This document shows, piece after piece, positions 37,114-51,283 of a stretch of DNA of 64,000 bases. This stretch comes from Nemertoderma westbladi. Taxonomy: Eukaryota > Animalia > Xenacoelomorpha. The notes under the pieces were generated by a model. It worked only from the letters and a program-made list of their open reading frames with translations, did not search any database and was not told where the DNA came from. Position 1 is the first letter of the stretch; every line of letters starts with the position of its first letter. The stretch covers positions 1-64,000 of the forward strand of contig JAUCBJ010008647.1 in the NCBI GenBank assembly GCA_032718475.1, in the 5' to 3' direction. The translations under genes were made by a program, and so were the position numbers.

Positions 37114-38964
37114 ATGAGCGACGTAACGCCAACGCGGACCCCGGACGAAGAACTAACGATCCGCGAGGCCGCGACCAGACGGTATAGGCCTACGACGCCG
37201 GACCCATCGGAAACGGGTCATCCGGCAGTTCAGGATGAGGGGGGCCATCTGGAGCCAGAAGTCGAGTCGAGAGGAGGGGGAGTCGAGTTGAGAGAAGGTG
37301 AGGGCGAGTTGGAAGGAGAAAGAGACGAGTCGACACACGACGACGGTCGACATGCCAATGTCGCCGGCCAGCCACAGGCCGAGGGCGACGGACGGCCCAC
37401 CGGGACAGCAACGGTGGGGCCGCCGGTACGACGTCGGACCCGGAGAGATGGAGGAGAGGTCGGCGACGAGGACGTCGGGGTTTCTGATCGACTTCGATGG
37501 GCCTACAACGCGACCCGGAAGATACTTAAGGAGGCCAAGGAGGGGGCGAGGATAGACGAGGTAAAGTTGACAAAAGGACTAGGTGAGTCGGATAAACATT
37601 TTAGTTATCTAATGCGCTTCGGGCAGAGAGAACTGGCCAAGGAGAGAGTGAGAGGGGTTGCCGAGGAACTGTGTGATTTATGGCGGTGTAGGGGTATGCA
37701 ACCTAGCGTAGTGTACATAGGGCCATACTTAGTCGATGCCCGGGGTATAAAATTAGTGGGTTGGAGGAGACCTGAGGAGGGCGAATCCGAGGTTAACCCC
37801 GAGGATTCGGTCTCATCGGTCGGAGGGAATTCCAGTTCCGGGAGGCGGGGGAGAGTTAGTAGGACGGGAAGGTGGAGGGAATCCGTCACAACCGATAAGT
37901 CTGCTACATCCTCCGTAAAAGGAAGACGGGTGAGGGAAATAAACGCGGTGTACCATCTCGATCTGATAGCGCAGGGCCAGAGAGAGGTAGAGAGACAGTT
38001 AGAGGAGGGGAAAGCGCTATTAGAGAAAGAGATGGAACTGATTAAAGAGACCGGAGAGAGGGCCGAGAGAGCCGCGAGAAGCTTTAGGGAGAGTGAGGAA
38101 ATAGGGAGGAAGGAACAAGAGGAGCGTGAGGCGAGAGAGGAAAGTGAGCGTAAAGAGCGCAAGGCTGAACGTAAAGAGCGCGAGGCGAGAGAGGATAAGG
38201 AGCGTAGGGAGTGTGAGGCGAGAGAGGAAAGTGAGCGTAAAGAGCGCAAGGCGGAACGTAAAGAGCGCGAGGCGAGACGAACGGAGAGAATTGAGAGAGA
38301 GAAAGAACTGGCCGAACAGAGCGCGCGGGAGAGTCGGGAAATGATAGCAGACGGGAGGCGTATGCGGGATGGTTTACATGCCCGCCTAGGGGGGTTAATT
38401 CAGTACCAAACCAGACAGCAGCGCATACTGAAATTGGCGCGATTGGGGTTGTCAGAGAGTGAGGCTGGGTCGAGTGCTTTCGAGGAGCCAAGGGCCGAGG
38501 AAACATTTATTAATACCCCACTTACAGGAACCGCACGACAGACCCGAGACTGGTGTAACCGTACGGGCGGGGGGGGGGGGGGGGGGGGGGGTAATAATAA
38601 TACAACAGTAGACGACGTTAATATTAATAGTACCGTATTGGATAACTCTAACCAAACTTTTATTGCAGGAAATATTTTACCTAGTAGTAGTAATTTAAAT
38701 TTAAATCCGAATGATTCTAATATTAATGTAGGAAATAATTATAATATTAATGTAGTTACGCAAAATAATCCAAATAATCTAAATAATAATCTGAATTCGA
38801 ATTTACAAGATAATTCAAGTAACGCAATTGCGCAAAATAATTCGAATAACTTTATTTTGAATGAACAAAATAATTCCGTTTCTAATTTGGGTGCACAAAA
38901 TAATTTAACTGGGGTGGAGGATTTAATTGATTTAACCAATAACGGTACCTGTGGTGCTATTAAT
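37114..38964 (+). pseudogene. gag: Truncated Gag N-terminal region (E/R coiled coil, Asn-rich tract)
   Basis: ATG 40 bp after the LTR; homologous to the gag 5' region of the 52-64 kb element; reads into satellite and stops at 38982. Confidence 0.8.
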
Positions 38965-41900
38965 GTCACCTGTAATAATTAGTAAATAATAACAGACAGA
39001 AAGACAGTCACCTGTAATAATTAGTAAACAATAACAGACAGAAGGACAGTCACCTGTAATAATTAGTAAACAATAACAGACAGAAAGACAGTCACCTGTA
39101 ATAATTAGTAAATAATAACAGACAGAAAGACAGTCACCTGTAATAATTAGTAAACAATAACAGACAGAAGGACAGTCACCTGTAATAATTAGTAAACAAT
39201 AACAGACAGAAGGACAGTCACCTGTAATAATTAGTAAACAATAACAGACAGAAGGACATTCACCTGTAATAATTAGTAAACAATAACAGACAGAAGGACA
39301 GTCACCTGTAATAATTAGTAAATAATAACAGACAGAAGGACAGTCACCTGTAATAATTAGTAAACAATAACAGACAGAAGGACAGTCACCTGTAATAATT
39401 AGTAAATAATAACAGACAGAAAGACAGTCACCTGTAATAATTAGTAAACAATAACAGACAGAAAGACAGTCACCCGTAATAATTAGTAAACAATAACAGA
39501 CAGAAGGACAGTCACCTGTAATAATTAGTAAACAATAACAGACAGAAGGACAGTCACCTGTAATAATTAGTAAATAATAACAGACAGAAGGACAGTCACC
39601 TGTAATAATTAGTAAATAATAACAGACAGAAAGACAGTCACCTGTAATAATTAGTAAACAATAACAGACAGAAAGACAGTCACCTGTAATAATTAGTAAA
39701 CAATAACAGACAGAAGGACAGTCACCTGTAATAATTAGTAAACAATAACAGACAGAAGGACAGTCACCTGTACTAATTAGTAAACAATAACAGACAGAAA
39801 GACAGTCACCTGTAATAATTAGTAAACAATAACAGACAGAAAGACAGTCACCTGTAATAATTAGTAAATAATAACAGACAGAAGGACAGTCACCTGTAAT
39901 AAGTAGTAAACAATAACAGACAGAAGGACAGTCACCTGTAATAATTAGTAAACAATAACAGACAGAAGGACAGTCACCTGTAATAATTAGTAAACAATAA
40001 CAGACAGAAGGACAGTCACCTGTAATAATTAGTAAATAATAACAGACAGAAAGACAGTCACCTGTAATAATTAGTAAACAATAACAGACAGAAAGACAGT
40101 CACCTGTAATAATTAGTAAACAATAACAGACAGAAGGACAGTCACCTGTAATAATTAGTAAACAATAACAGACAGAAGGACAGTCACCTGTAATAATTAG
40201 TAAACAATAACAGACAGAAGGAAATAACAGACAGAAGGACAGTCACCTGTAATAATTAGTAAACAATAACAGACAGAAGGACAGTCACCTGTAATAATTA
40301 GTAAATAATAACAGACAGAAAGACAGTCACCTGTAATAATTAGTAAACAATAACAGACAGAAGGACAGTCACCTGTAATAATTAGTAAACAATAACAGAC
40401 AGAAGGACAGTCACCTGTAATAATTAGTAAACAATAACAGACAGAAGGACAGTCACCTGTAATAATTAGTAAACAATAACAGACAGAAGGACAGTCACCT
40501 GTAATAATTAGTAAACAATAACAGACAGAAGGACAGTCACCTGTAATAATTAGTAAACAATAACAGACAGAAGGACAGTCACCTGTAATAATTAGTAAAC
40601 AATAACAGACAGAAGGACAGTCACCTGTAATAATTAGTAAATAATAGCAGACAGAAGGACAGTCACCTGTAATAATTAGTAAACAATAACAGACAGAAGG
40701 ACAGTCACCTGTAATAATTAGTAAACAATAACAGACAGAAGGACAGTCACCTGTAATAATTAGTAAATAATAACAGACAGAAAGACAGTCACCTGTAATA
40801 ATTAGTAAACAATAACAGACAGAAAGACAGTCACCTGTAATAATTAGTAAACAATAACAGACAGAAGGACAGTCACCTGTAATAATTAGTAAACAATAAC
40901 AGACAGAAGGACAGTCACCTGTAATAATTAGTAAACAATAACCTACAGAAGTACAGTCACCTCGCCTGTACCAATTAGTAAACAATAACAGACAGAAGGA
41001 CAGTCACCTGTAATAATTAGTAAATAATAACAGACAGAAAGACAGTCACCTGTAATAATTAGTAAACAATAACAGATAGAAGGACAGTCACCTGTAATAA
41101 TTAGTAAACAATAACAGACAGAAGGACAGTCACCTGTAATAATTAGTAAACAATAACAGACAGAAGGACAGTCACCTGTAATAATTAGTAAACAATAACA
41201 GACAGAAGGACAGTCACCTGTAATAATTAGTAAATAATAACAGACAGAAGGACAGTCACCTGTAATAATTAGTAAACAATAACCTACAGAAGTACAGTCA
41301 CCTGTAATAATTAGTAAATAATAACAGACAGAAGGACAGTCACCTGTAATAATTAGTAAATAATAACAGACAGAAAGACAGTCACCTGTAATAATTAGTA
41401 AATAATAACAGACAGAAAGACAGTCACCTGTAATAATTAGTAAATAATAACAGACAGAAAGACAGTCACCTGTAATAATTAGTAAATAATAACAGACAGA
41501 AAGACGGTCACCTGTAATAATTAGTAAACAATAACAGACAGAAGGACGTCACCTGTAATAATTAGTAAAAAATAACAGACAGAAGGACAGTCACCTGTAA
41601 TAATTAGTAAATAATAACAGACAGAAGGACAGTCACCTGTAATAATTAGTAAATAATAACAGACAGAAAGACAGTCACCTGTAATAATTAGTAAATAATA
41701 ACAGACAGAAAGACAGTCACCTGTAATAATTAGTAAATAATAACAGACAGAAAGACAGTCACCTGTAATAATTAGTAAACAATAACAGACAGAAGGACAG
41801 TCACCTGTAATAAATAGTAAACAATAACAGACAGAAGGACAGTCACCTGTAATAATTAGTAAACAATAACAGACAGGAGGACAGTCACCTGTAATAATTA

Positions 41901-44900
41901 GTAAACAATAACAGACAGAAGGACAGTCACCTGTAATAATTAGTAAACAATAACAGACTGAAGGACAGTCACCTGTAATAATTAGTAAACAATAACAGAC
42001 AGAAGGACAGTCACCTGTAATAATTAGTAAATAATAACAGACAGAAAGACAGTCACCTGTAATAATTAGTAAACAATAACAGACAGAAGGACAGTCACCT
42101 GTAATAATTAGTAAACAATAACAGACAGAAGGACAGTCACCTGTAATAATTAGTAAACAATAACAGACAGAAGGACAGTCACCTGTAATAATTAGTAAAC
42201 AATAACAGACAGAAGGACAGTCACCTGTAATAATTAGTAAATAATAACAGACAGAAAGACAGTCACCTGTAATAATTAGTAAATAATAACCTATAATTAG
42301 TAAACAATAACAGACAGAAGGACAGTCACCTGTAATAATTAGTAAATAATAACAGACAGAAGGACAGTCACCTGTAATAATTAGTAAACAATAACCTACA
42401 GAAGTACAGTCACCTCGCCTGTAATAATTAGTAAACAATAACAGACAGAAGGACAGTCACCTGTAATAATTAGTAAATAATAACAGACAGAAAGACAGTC
42501 CCTGTAATAATTAGTAAACAATAACAGATAGAAGGACAGTCACCTGTAATAATTAGTAAACAATAACAGACAGAAGGACAGTCACCTGTAATAATTAGTA
42601 AATAATAACTGACAGAAAGACAGTCACCTGTAATAATTAGTAAACAATAACAGATAGAGGGACAGTCACCTGTAATAATTAGTAAACAATAACAGACAGA
42701 AGGACAGTCACCTGTAATAATTAGTAAATAATAACTGACAGAAAGACAGTCACCTGTAATAATTAGTAAACAATAACAGATAGAGGGACAGTCACCTGTA
42801 ATAATTAGTAAACAATAACAGACAGAAGGACAGTCACCTGTAATAATTAGTAAACAATAACAGACAGAAGGACAGTCACCTGTAATAATTAGTAAACAAT
42901 AACCTACAGAAGTACAGTCACCTCGCCTGTAATAATTAGTAAACAATAACAGACAGAAGGACAGTCACCTGTAATAATTAGTAAATAATAACAGACAGAA
43001 AGACAGTCCCTGTAATAATTAGTAAACAATAACAGATAGAAGGACAGTCACCTGTAATAATTAGTAAACAATAACAGATAGAAGGACAGTCACCTGTAAT
43101 AATTAGTAAATAATAACAGATAGAAGGACAGTCACCTGTAATAATTAGTAAATAATAACAGACAGAAGGACAGTCACCTGTAATAATTAGTAAACAATAA
43201 CAGACAGAAGGACAGTCACCTGTAATAATTAGTAAACAATAACAGACAGAAGGACAGTCACCTGTAATAATTAGTAAACAATAACAGACAGAAGGACAGT
43301 CACCTGTAATAATTAGTAAACAATAACAGACAGAAGGAAATAACAGACAGAAGGACAGTCACCTGTAATAATTAGTAAACAATAACAGACAGAAGGACAG
43401 TCACCTGTAATAATTAGTAAATAATAACAGACAGAAAGACAGTCACCTGTAATAATTAGTAAACAATAACAGACAGAAGGACAGTCACCTGTAATAATTA
43501 GTAAACAATAACAGACAGAAGGACAGTCACCTGTAATAATTAGTAAACAATAACAGACAGAAGGACAGTCACCTGTAATAATTAGTAAACAATAACAGAC
43601 AGAAGGACAGTCACCTGTAATAATTAGTAAACAATAACAGACAGAAGGACAGTCACCTGTAATAATTAGTAAACAATAACAGACAGAAGGACAGTCACCT
43701 GTAATAATTAGTAAACAATAACAGACAGAAGGACAGTCACCTGTAATAATTAGTAAATAATAGCAGACAGAAGGACAGTCACCTGTAATAATTAGTAAAC
43801 AATAACAGACAGAAGGACAGTCACCTGTAATAATTAGTAAACAATAACAGACAGAAGGACAGTCACCTGTAATAATTAGTAAATAATAACAGACAGAAAG
43901 ACAGTCACCTGTAATAATTAGTAAACAATAACAGACAGAAAGACAGTCACCTGTAATAATTAGTAAACAATAACAGACAGAATGACAGTCACCTGTAATA
44001 ATTAGTAAACAATAACAGACAGAAGGACAGTCACCTGTAATAATTAGTAAACAATAACCTACAGAAGTACAGTCACCTCGCCTGTACCAATTAGTAAACA
44101 ATAACAGACAGAAGGACAGTCACCTGTAATAATTAGTAAATAATAACAGACAGAAAGACAGTCACCTGTAATAATTAGTAAACAATAACAGATAGAAGGA
44201 CAGTCACCTGTAATAATTAGTAAACAATAACAGACAGAAGGACAGTCACCTGTAATAATTAGTAAACAATAACAGACAGAAGGACAGTCACCTGTAATAA
44301 TTAGTAAACAATAACAGACAGAAGGACAGTCACCTGTAATAATTAGTAAATAATAACAGACAGAAGGACAGTCACCTGTAATAATTAGTAAACAATAACC
44401 TACAGAAGTACAGTCACCTGTAATAATTAGTAAATAATAACAGACAGAAGGACAGTCACCTGTAATAATTAGTAAATAATAACAGACAGAAAGACAGTCA
44501 CCTGTAATAATTAGTAAATAATAACAGACAGAAAGACAGTCACCTGTAATAATTAGTAAATAATAACAGACAGAAAGACAGTCACCTGTAATAATTAGTA
44601 AATAATAACAGACAGAAAGACGGTCACCTGTAATAATTAGTAAACAATAACAGACAGAAGGACGTCACCTGTAATAATTAGTAAAAAATAACAGACAGAA
44701 GGACAGTCACCTGTAATAATTAGTAAATAATAACAGACAGAAGGACAGTCACCTGTAATAATTAGTAAATAATAACAGACAGAAAGACAGTCACCTGTAA
44801 TAATTAGTAAATAATAACAGACAGAAAGACAGTCACCTGTAATAATTAGTAAATAATAACAGACAGAAAGACAGTCACCTGTAATAATTAGTAAACAATA

Positions 44901-46563
44901 ACAGACAGAAGGACAGTCACCTGTAATAAATAGTAAACAATAACAGACAGAAGGACAGTCACCTGTAATAATTAGTAAACAATAACAGACAGGAGGACAG
45001 TCACCTGTAATAATTAGTAAACAATAACAGACAGAAGGACAGTCACCTGTAATAATTAGTAAACAATAACAGACTGAAGGACAGTCACCTGTAATAATTA
45101 GTAAACAATAACAGACAGAAGGACAGTCACCTGTAATAATTAGTAAATAATAACAGACAGAAAGACAGTCACCTGTAATAATTAGTAAACAATAACAGAC
45201 AGAAGGACAGTCACCTGTAATAATTAGTAAACAATAACAGACAGAAGGACAGTCACCTGTAATAATTAGTAAACAATAACAGACAGAAGGACAGTCACCT
45301 GTAATAATTAGTAAACAATAACAGACAGAAGGACAGTCACCTGTAATAATTAGTAAATAATAACAGACAGAAAGACAGTCACCTGTAATAATTAGTAAAT
45401 AATAACCTATAATTAGTAAACAATAACAGACAGAAGGACAGTCACCTGTAATAATTAGTAAATAATAACAGACAGAAGGACAGTCACCTGTAATAATTAG
45501 TAAACAATAACCTACAGAAGTACAGTCACCTCGCCTGTAATAATTAGTAAACAATAACAGACAGAAGGACAGTCACCTGTAATAATTAGTAAATAATAAC
45601 AGACAGAAAGACAGTCCCTGTAATAATTAGTAAACAATAACAGATAGAAGGACAGTCACCTGTAATAATTAGTAAACAATAACAGACAGAAGGACAGTCA
45701 CCTGTAATAATTAGTAAATAATAACTGACAGAAAGACAGTCACCTGTAATAATTAGTAAACAATAACAGATAGAGGGACAGTCACCTGTAATAATTAGTA
45801 AACAATAACAGACAGAAGGACAGTCACCTGTAATAATTAGTAAATAATAACTGACAGAAAGACAGTCACCTGTAATAATTAGTAAACAATAACAGATAGA
45901 GGGACAGTCACCTGTAATAATTAGTAAACAATAACAGACAGAAGGACAGTCACCTGTAATAATTAGTAAACAATAACAGACAGAAGGACAGTCACCTGTA
46001 ATAATTAGTAAACAATAACCTACAGAAGTACAGTCACCTCGCCTGTAATAATTAGTAAACAATAACAGACAGAAGGACAGTCACCTGTAATAATTAGTAA
46101 ATAATAACAGACAGAAAGACAGTCCCTGTAATAATTAGTAAACAATAACAGATAGAAGGACAGTCACCTGTAATAATTAGTAAACAATAACAGATAGAAG
46201 GACAGTCACCTGTAATAATTAGTAAATAATAACAGATAGAAGGACAGTCACCTGTAATAATTAGTAAACAACAACAGACAGAAGGACAGTCACCTGTAAT
46301 AATTAGTAAATAATAACAGACAGAAAGACAGTCACCTGTAATAATTAGTAAACAATAACAGACAGAAGGACAGTCACCTGTAATAATTAGTAAATAATAA
46401 CGTACAGAAGGACAGTCACCTGTAATAATTAGTAAATAATAATAGACAGAAGGACAGTCACCTGTAATAATTAGTAAACAATAACCTATAATTAGTAAAC
46501 AATAACAGACAGAAAGACAGTCTCCTGTAATAATTAGTAAACAATAACAGACAGAAGGACAGT
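38965..46563. repeat. 42-bp satellite block (about 7.6 kb) containing a 3116-bp tandem duplication
   Basis: Diagnostic variants and ORF-track hits recur at a constant offset of 3116 bp. Confidence 0.98.
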
Positions 46564-47091
46564 TGTGAGTGTATTCAATTCTGCCTCACCAACCCCCATA
46601 AAGTGGGCCAGCGAGACCCTTAAGCAATATTGGGAGCACGAGGTTGATTACCAATCAACCTTGTATCACCCCAATAAGTGGGGCAACAATAGGCCCCAAG
46701 AGGACACACACACAATGGGGGTCAGAGGTTACACCTCCGGGAGGGAGAGAGAGACAGCAGCGGGGGGAAGTACACCCAGGGAGATGGGAAGGTGACAAGT
46801 GAGTTATTAGCCAATGGGGGGAAGGCATCGGCTGAGTAGTGTAATGCGGCCAACCGGTGCAATATATTACCATGTCGGTGTATCATTCATTCACTTGTAG
46901 TAAGTCAGTTAGTTAGGACGGTACCGGAACTCTAATTACTGTGACGGGATCCACGGAGGATCCCGGTTTATCCGGTTTCTAATCTACGCGTCCCCGCCGT
47001 GTGTGTGAAAGGTAGAAAGAGTTATTGATCGGTGTATATAGTTCCAAAGGTATAATAGTATATGATAATGGTTGTTATAATATAAGTGTAC

Positions 47092-49877
47092 CGGCAGACT
47101 GCAGGACATACTGTAGGCCTTACTGCACATACTATTATAGGCCATGCTGGGAGAGATAGAGTAGGCGATAGGGTAGTGCGAACGACGGGATTAAACCCGG
47201 AAGTCGCGGAGTACATACCGGTAGGTAGGCAAGAAGTGGGTAGGCCTATATCGGTACAGCAGCATGACTATAATACACAGGGACATAACATATATCCAGG
47301 GAAGGGGAGAGTTATTGCTGATAGATGTATGGGCCCCAATATATTAACATCAACCCCAGTACCAAACATTCCGGTGGGGGGGGGGGGGGGGGGACAGGGT
47401 GACATTCCCCCATTCCAATATCAACAATATACTCGAACAGCAACGAGAACACCTAACCCCCTGGACGAGAACAGGTCTTGCGACACGGAAATATGGAGGG
47501 GGCCGTTACCCCCAATGATATATCCGACGCAACAAGTTAGATCAACAGCAGATAGGACGAACGGATCGCACCCAACGGCAGAATCTGTACAGCATCCATC
47601 GAACCCATTGGAAGCACAGGCGATGGGAATGGCGACGCTAATCGATGCATTAAAGACCAGGATCGAGTTACCACCAGTCGAGCCATTTAAATTCGATGGA
47701 AGTAGGCCGGAAGAATACCTGCAGTTTCGGCGCATGTACAGTAACGAGATATTAAGTAAGAACTTGATGCAGGTGGAGTGCCTAAAATATCTACAGGTGT
47801 ATACAGGAGGCCCAGCATACGACATCGTGAGGCAGTACCAGAGCATCGAGGGCGGCTTCACGACAGCATGGCGGGCGCTAGACAGGGAATACGGACACCC
47901 GGCCAAGATCATCCGGCAAACCCTGAGAGGTATAACATCGGGTGGCCTACAGGACAACCCCGTTAGCATAAAGACCTTTGCGAACAAGGTCGAGAAGGCG
48001 TTAATCGTGTTAAAGACGCTAGACGCGCCATACGAACTCAACGCATCTAATAACATCACCACAATAGCGCAGGCACTGCCGATCTGGCTGCGGAGCAAGT
48101 GGAGGAAGATCGCCTTCTCCACTCGAGAGAAGAAAGGTGCGGAGCCGGGGCTGGAGGAAATGTCAAACTTCCTCAACTACGAAGCCGAGTTGATAACAGA
48201 CCCAGTCTATAGTGAGGATAGTTTGGGGAAGGCGCCAAAGACCGAATACAACAGGCCTGGACCCGAACATAATCCGACAGATCCATTCTCGAGAGTAAGA
48301 CAGTCGCTACCACACGCGGCCACACAGGGGGCTACAAGCCCACAGTTAGCTGGGAGTAGGGCCACACCGTGGCAGGGACAGAAAGAAAATAACACCATAA
48401 ATAAACATAATCCCAATATACCCAGTAGGCCGAGTACAGATAACCAAAACACTAAATCGGTAGATATAAACCTACGCGCAATACGTGAAGGACTATATAG
48501 GGAACGCTATAATCCAGGATTCAAATTTCAATTACATCGGGACGGAACCCATAAGACCATGAGTTCTAAGCACTGGCAAGCGTTGCCCAAACAAGATCGT
48601 ATAGCCTACACAGACGCAAATGGACTATGTCATCGATGTGTGGTAGAAGGACACAGATCCGGAGAGTGTAGAGAAACAGCGACAGGAGATAACGAGACTG
48701 GAGGCCAAACAATGGCTACAAGCACGACAGTGGCAAGAAAGAAGAGAAAAGTACTACTCGGGGTAGTACTGGTGAAGATATCAGGAGAGGGCGGTCGATC
48801 AGTAACGACATTAATGCTGGTCGACAGCGGAGCAGCCTTCACGCTGGTGGAGAACTGGGTGGCCGAAGAGATAGGGCTAAAGACGAGGCCGAATAGAATG
48901 GCGGTAACCACCGTCTCAAGTAAGGATGAGGTCCTGGAGATGAGGACGGGACGGTGCAGGATATCAGCGATTGCACCGGGATGCAACTATGGGGCGACGA
49001 TCGACCCCATCCATGTGATAGAATCGATAAACATCAACGCCAGGCGACCAACCAACATCGAAGTCGAACAATATACAGTACATTCCTGGACGGTATCGAT
49101 TTCTCAATACCAGAGGTGGACGTTAGGAAGGTATCCATTATAGTAGGAATGGACTGCCCGACGGCCCACGAGAGAACAAAGACGGTCTTCGGCGAAGACA
49201 GGCAGCGGGACCCGACGGCGATCCTCACGCCGTTCGGATGGACGCTTAGCGGCCCAGTTAAAACCAAGATTCCATCCAGAGTGACGGAGACATCAGGGTG
49301 CATGTTACCAGGCACCGTAGACACGGAGGTTGAAGAGGAGAAACAGGAGATAGTAGAGCCAGACAGGGAAGTAACAGTAAGAGAGTGGGCGGAGGAGAAT
49401 GGATTTCCCAGCAAGTATCGGTATGGAGATGGAGAGGAGTGGACGGCGAGATGTCCGGAGGAGTGTCCGGTGGAGTGTCAGGAGGACAATAGTCCAGAGC
49501 AGTGTCTAGAGGAGTGTCCAGAGGAGTGTCCGGAAGAGACGCCGGTCCGGTTGAGAGGCATACCGACAAGGGGGAGCTCGAGTAGGAAGACAGGATGGAA
49601 AGGGATAGGACTATTGTTGTACCTTCTGTTTTGCCTGTTCTTTCACTTTCTATTCATTCTGCCGCCGGGAGATAACAAGGTGGGAGGTGGCATTTTGATG
49701 CCAGGAGACGAGAAAGTTAAGAAGGCGGTGGAGAGACCCGATTTCAGGGTGGCAGAAGAGAGAGAACCAATTCCTGGTGAGTTGGAATTGGTGGAGAGAG
49801 TGTGGCAAAGAATAAGAGGACGTATAAAGGAGGCAGTGGGAGAGTGCCTACTGGAAAAAGGGGCACTTCAGAGTTAA
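47092..49877 (+). pseudogene. gag: Gag-protease remnant, 5'-deleted, frameshift near 49075, unrelated C-terminal tail
   Basis: FKFDGSRPEEYLQF, CHRCVVEGHRSGEC, protease MLVDSGAAFT, AILTPFGWTLSGP; highly similar to 60.1-62.3 kb (minus). Confidence 0.85.
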
Positions 49878-50099
49878 GTCGTCCAATATTTTGGACTGAG
49901 GGGGGTGGGAATGAGGGCGAGACGCCCTTCCCACACAAATAATTATTTAATTAAAATAAATAACAAAATAATTAAATAATAAGATAAGTAGAAGGTAGAA
50001 AGTAATAGTTAGAAGAGATAGTAAGTAGTAGCAAGGAGTAGTAGAAAGTAGTAGTAGAGTGTTAGAAGGTGGCAGGGTAAGGGAGTGTGGTATATTAAC

Positions 50100-50900
50100 A
50101 TGCCACGAGTAGTAGCAGAGGGGTTGTGGGCACCGGAAGCGCCACGTAGAAAGTAGTAAGAGAGGGGTTGTGGGCACCGGAAGCGCCACATAGAAAGTAG
50201 TAAGAGAGGGGTTGTGGGCACCGTAAGTGCCACGTAGAAAGTAGTAAGAGAGGGGTTGTGGGCACCGGAAGCGCCATGTAGAAAGTGGTAGCAGAGAGTG
50301 GTTGTGGGCACCGCAAGCGCCACATAGATAGAGGTAGTAGAGTAGTAGAGAGGGCACATAGGGTGCCAGGTAGTAGAGTAGTAGAGAGGGCACATAGAGT
50401 GCCAGGTAGTAGAGTAGTAGAGAGGGCACATAGGGTGCCAGGTAGTAGAGTAGTAGAGATTGGCACATAGGGTGCCAGGTAGTAGAGTTAGAGGTAGTAG
50501 AGTAGTAAAGAGGGCACATAGGGTGCCAGGTAGTAGAGTAGTAGAGAGGGCACATAGGGTGCCAGGTAGTAGAGTAGTAGAGACGGGCACATAGGGTGCC
50601 AGATAGTAGAGTGGTTGTGGGCACCGCAAGCGCCATGTAGATGGAGGAAGTAGTAGTAGAGTGGTTGTGGGCACCGCAAGCGCCACGTAGATGGAGGTAG
50701 TAAGCAGAGTGGTTGTGGGCACCGCAAGCGCCACGTAGAAACTAGTAAGTAGAGTTAGAGTTAGTAGAGAGTTAGAGGGTTTTAGTTAGAGCTAGTAGAG
50801 TTAGAGTTAGTAGAGAGTTGGAGAGTTCTAGTAGAGTTAGGAGTTAGTTAGAGTTAGAGAAGTTAGATAGTTAGATAGTTAGCAAGTTAGACCTTAGATA
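50100..50900 (+). repeat. Mixed 44-bp and 36-bp tandem repeats plus purine-rich low complexity in the 3' UTR
   Basis: GGGTTGTGGGCACCGGAAGCGCCAC... at 44-bp period; GGCACATAGGGTGCCAGGTAGTAGAG... at 36-bp period. Confidence 0.85.
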
Positions 50901-51283
50901 AGGTAGATAGTATGATAGCACAGGGGTAGCATTAGAGATTAGGGCCTTAGGGAGTGGCAGAGAGTAGAGAGGAGTATGGAGAGGAGCTGCTGGCGAGAGG
51001 CAGAGCAGGCGAGTGCGATTCAGGTGTGGGGAGAGAGTAAGAGCGGAGTTAGAGCGGAGTTAGAGTGGTGAGAGTGTTGGGGAAACAAAAGTTGTGTGAA
51101 AGAAGCGCACGATCGGCCCGACACGAGACGCCAGAGGGTAGTGACATCATACCCATAGGGAGCAGCCTGGAAAGCCGACTCCAAGAAAAAATAACTCCAC
51201 CCCACACCCGATAATAGATCGAGTTCCAGCGGAATTGAAGCGCACTTAGAGGTTGATGCTATCTTCTCTCCGGGAAGATAGCA

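Larger units (their letters stand above)
36514..38964 (+). mobile_element. Family A BEL element: intact 5' LTR plus 5' part of gag, truncated
   Basis: LTR TGTTAG...GTCACA at 36514-37074; ORF from 37114 is homologous to 63.2-64 kb (minus); abrupt junction into satellite at about 38965. Confidence 0.9.

Noticed and set aside
19088-46062. Long Cys-rich ORFs (GDCPSVCYCLLIIT)n
   Set aside because: They are the stop-free frame of a 42-bp satellite, broken at random by indel variants, and not the frame of the real exon.
19125-46563. CRISPR-like array
   Set aside because: Units are head-to-tail with no unique spacers, no cas genes, eukaryotic context.
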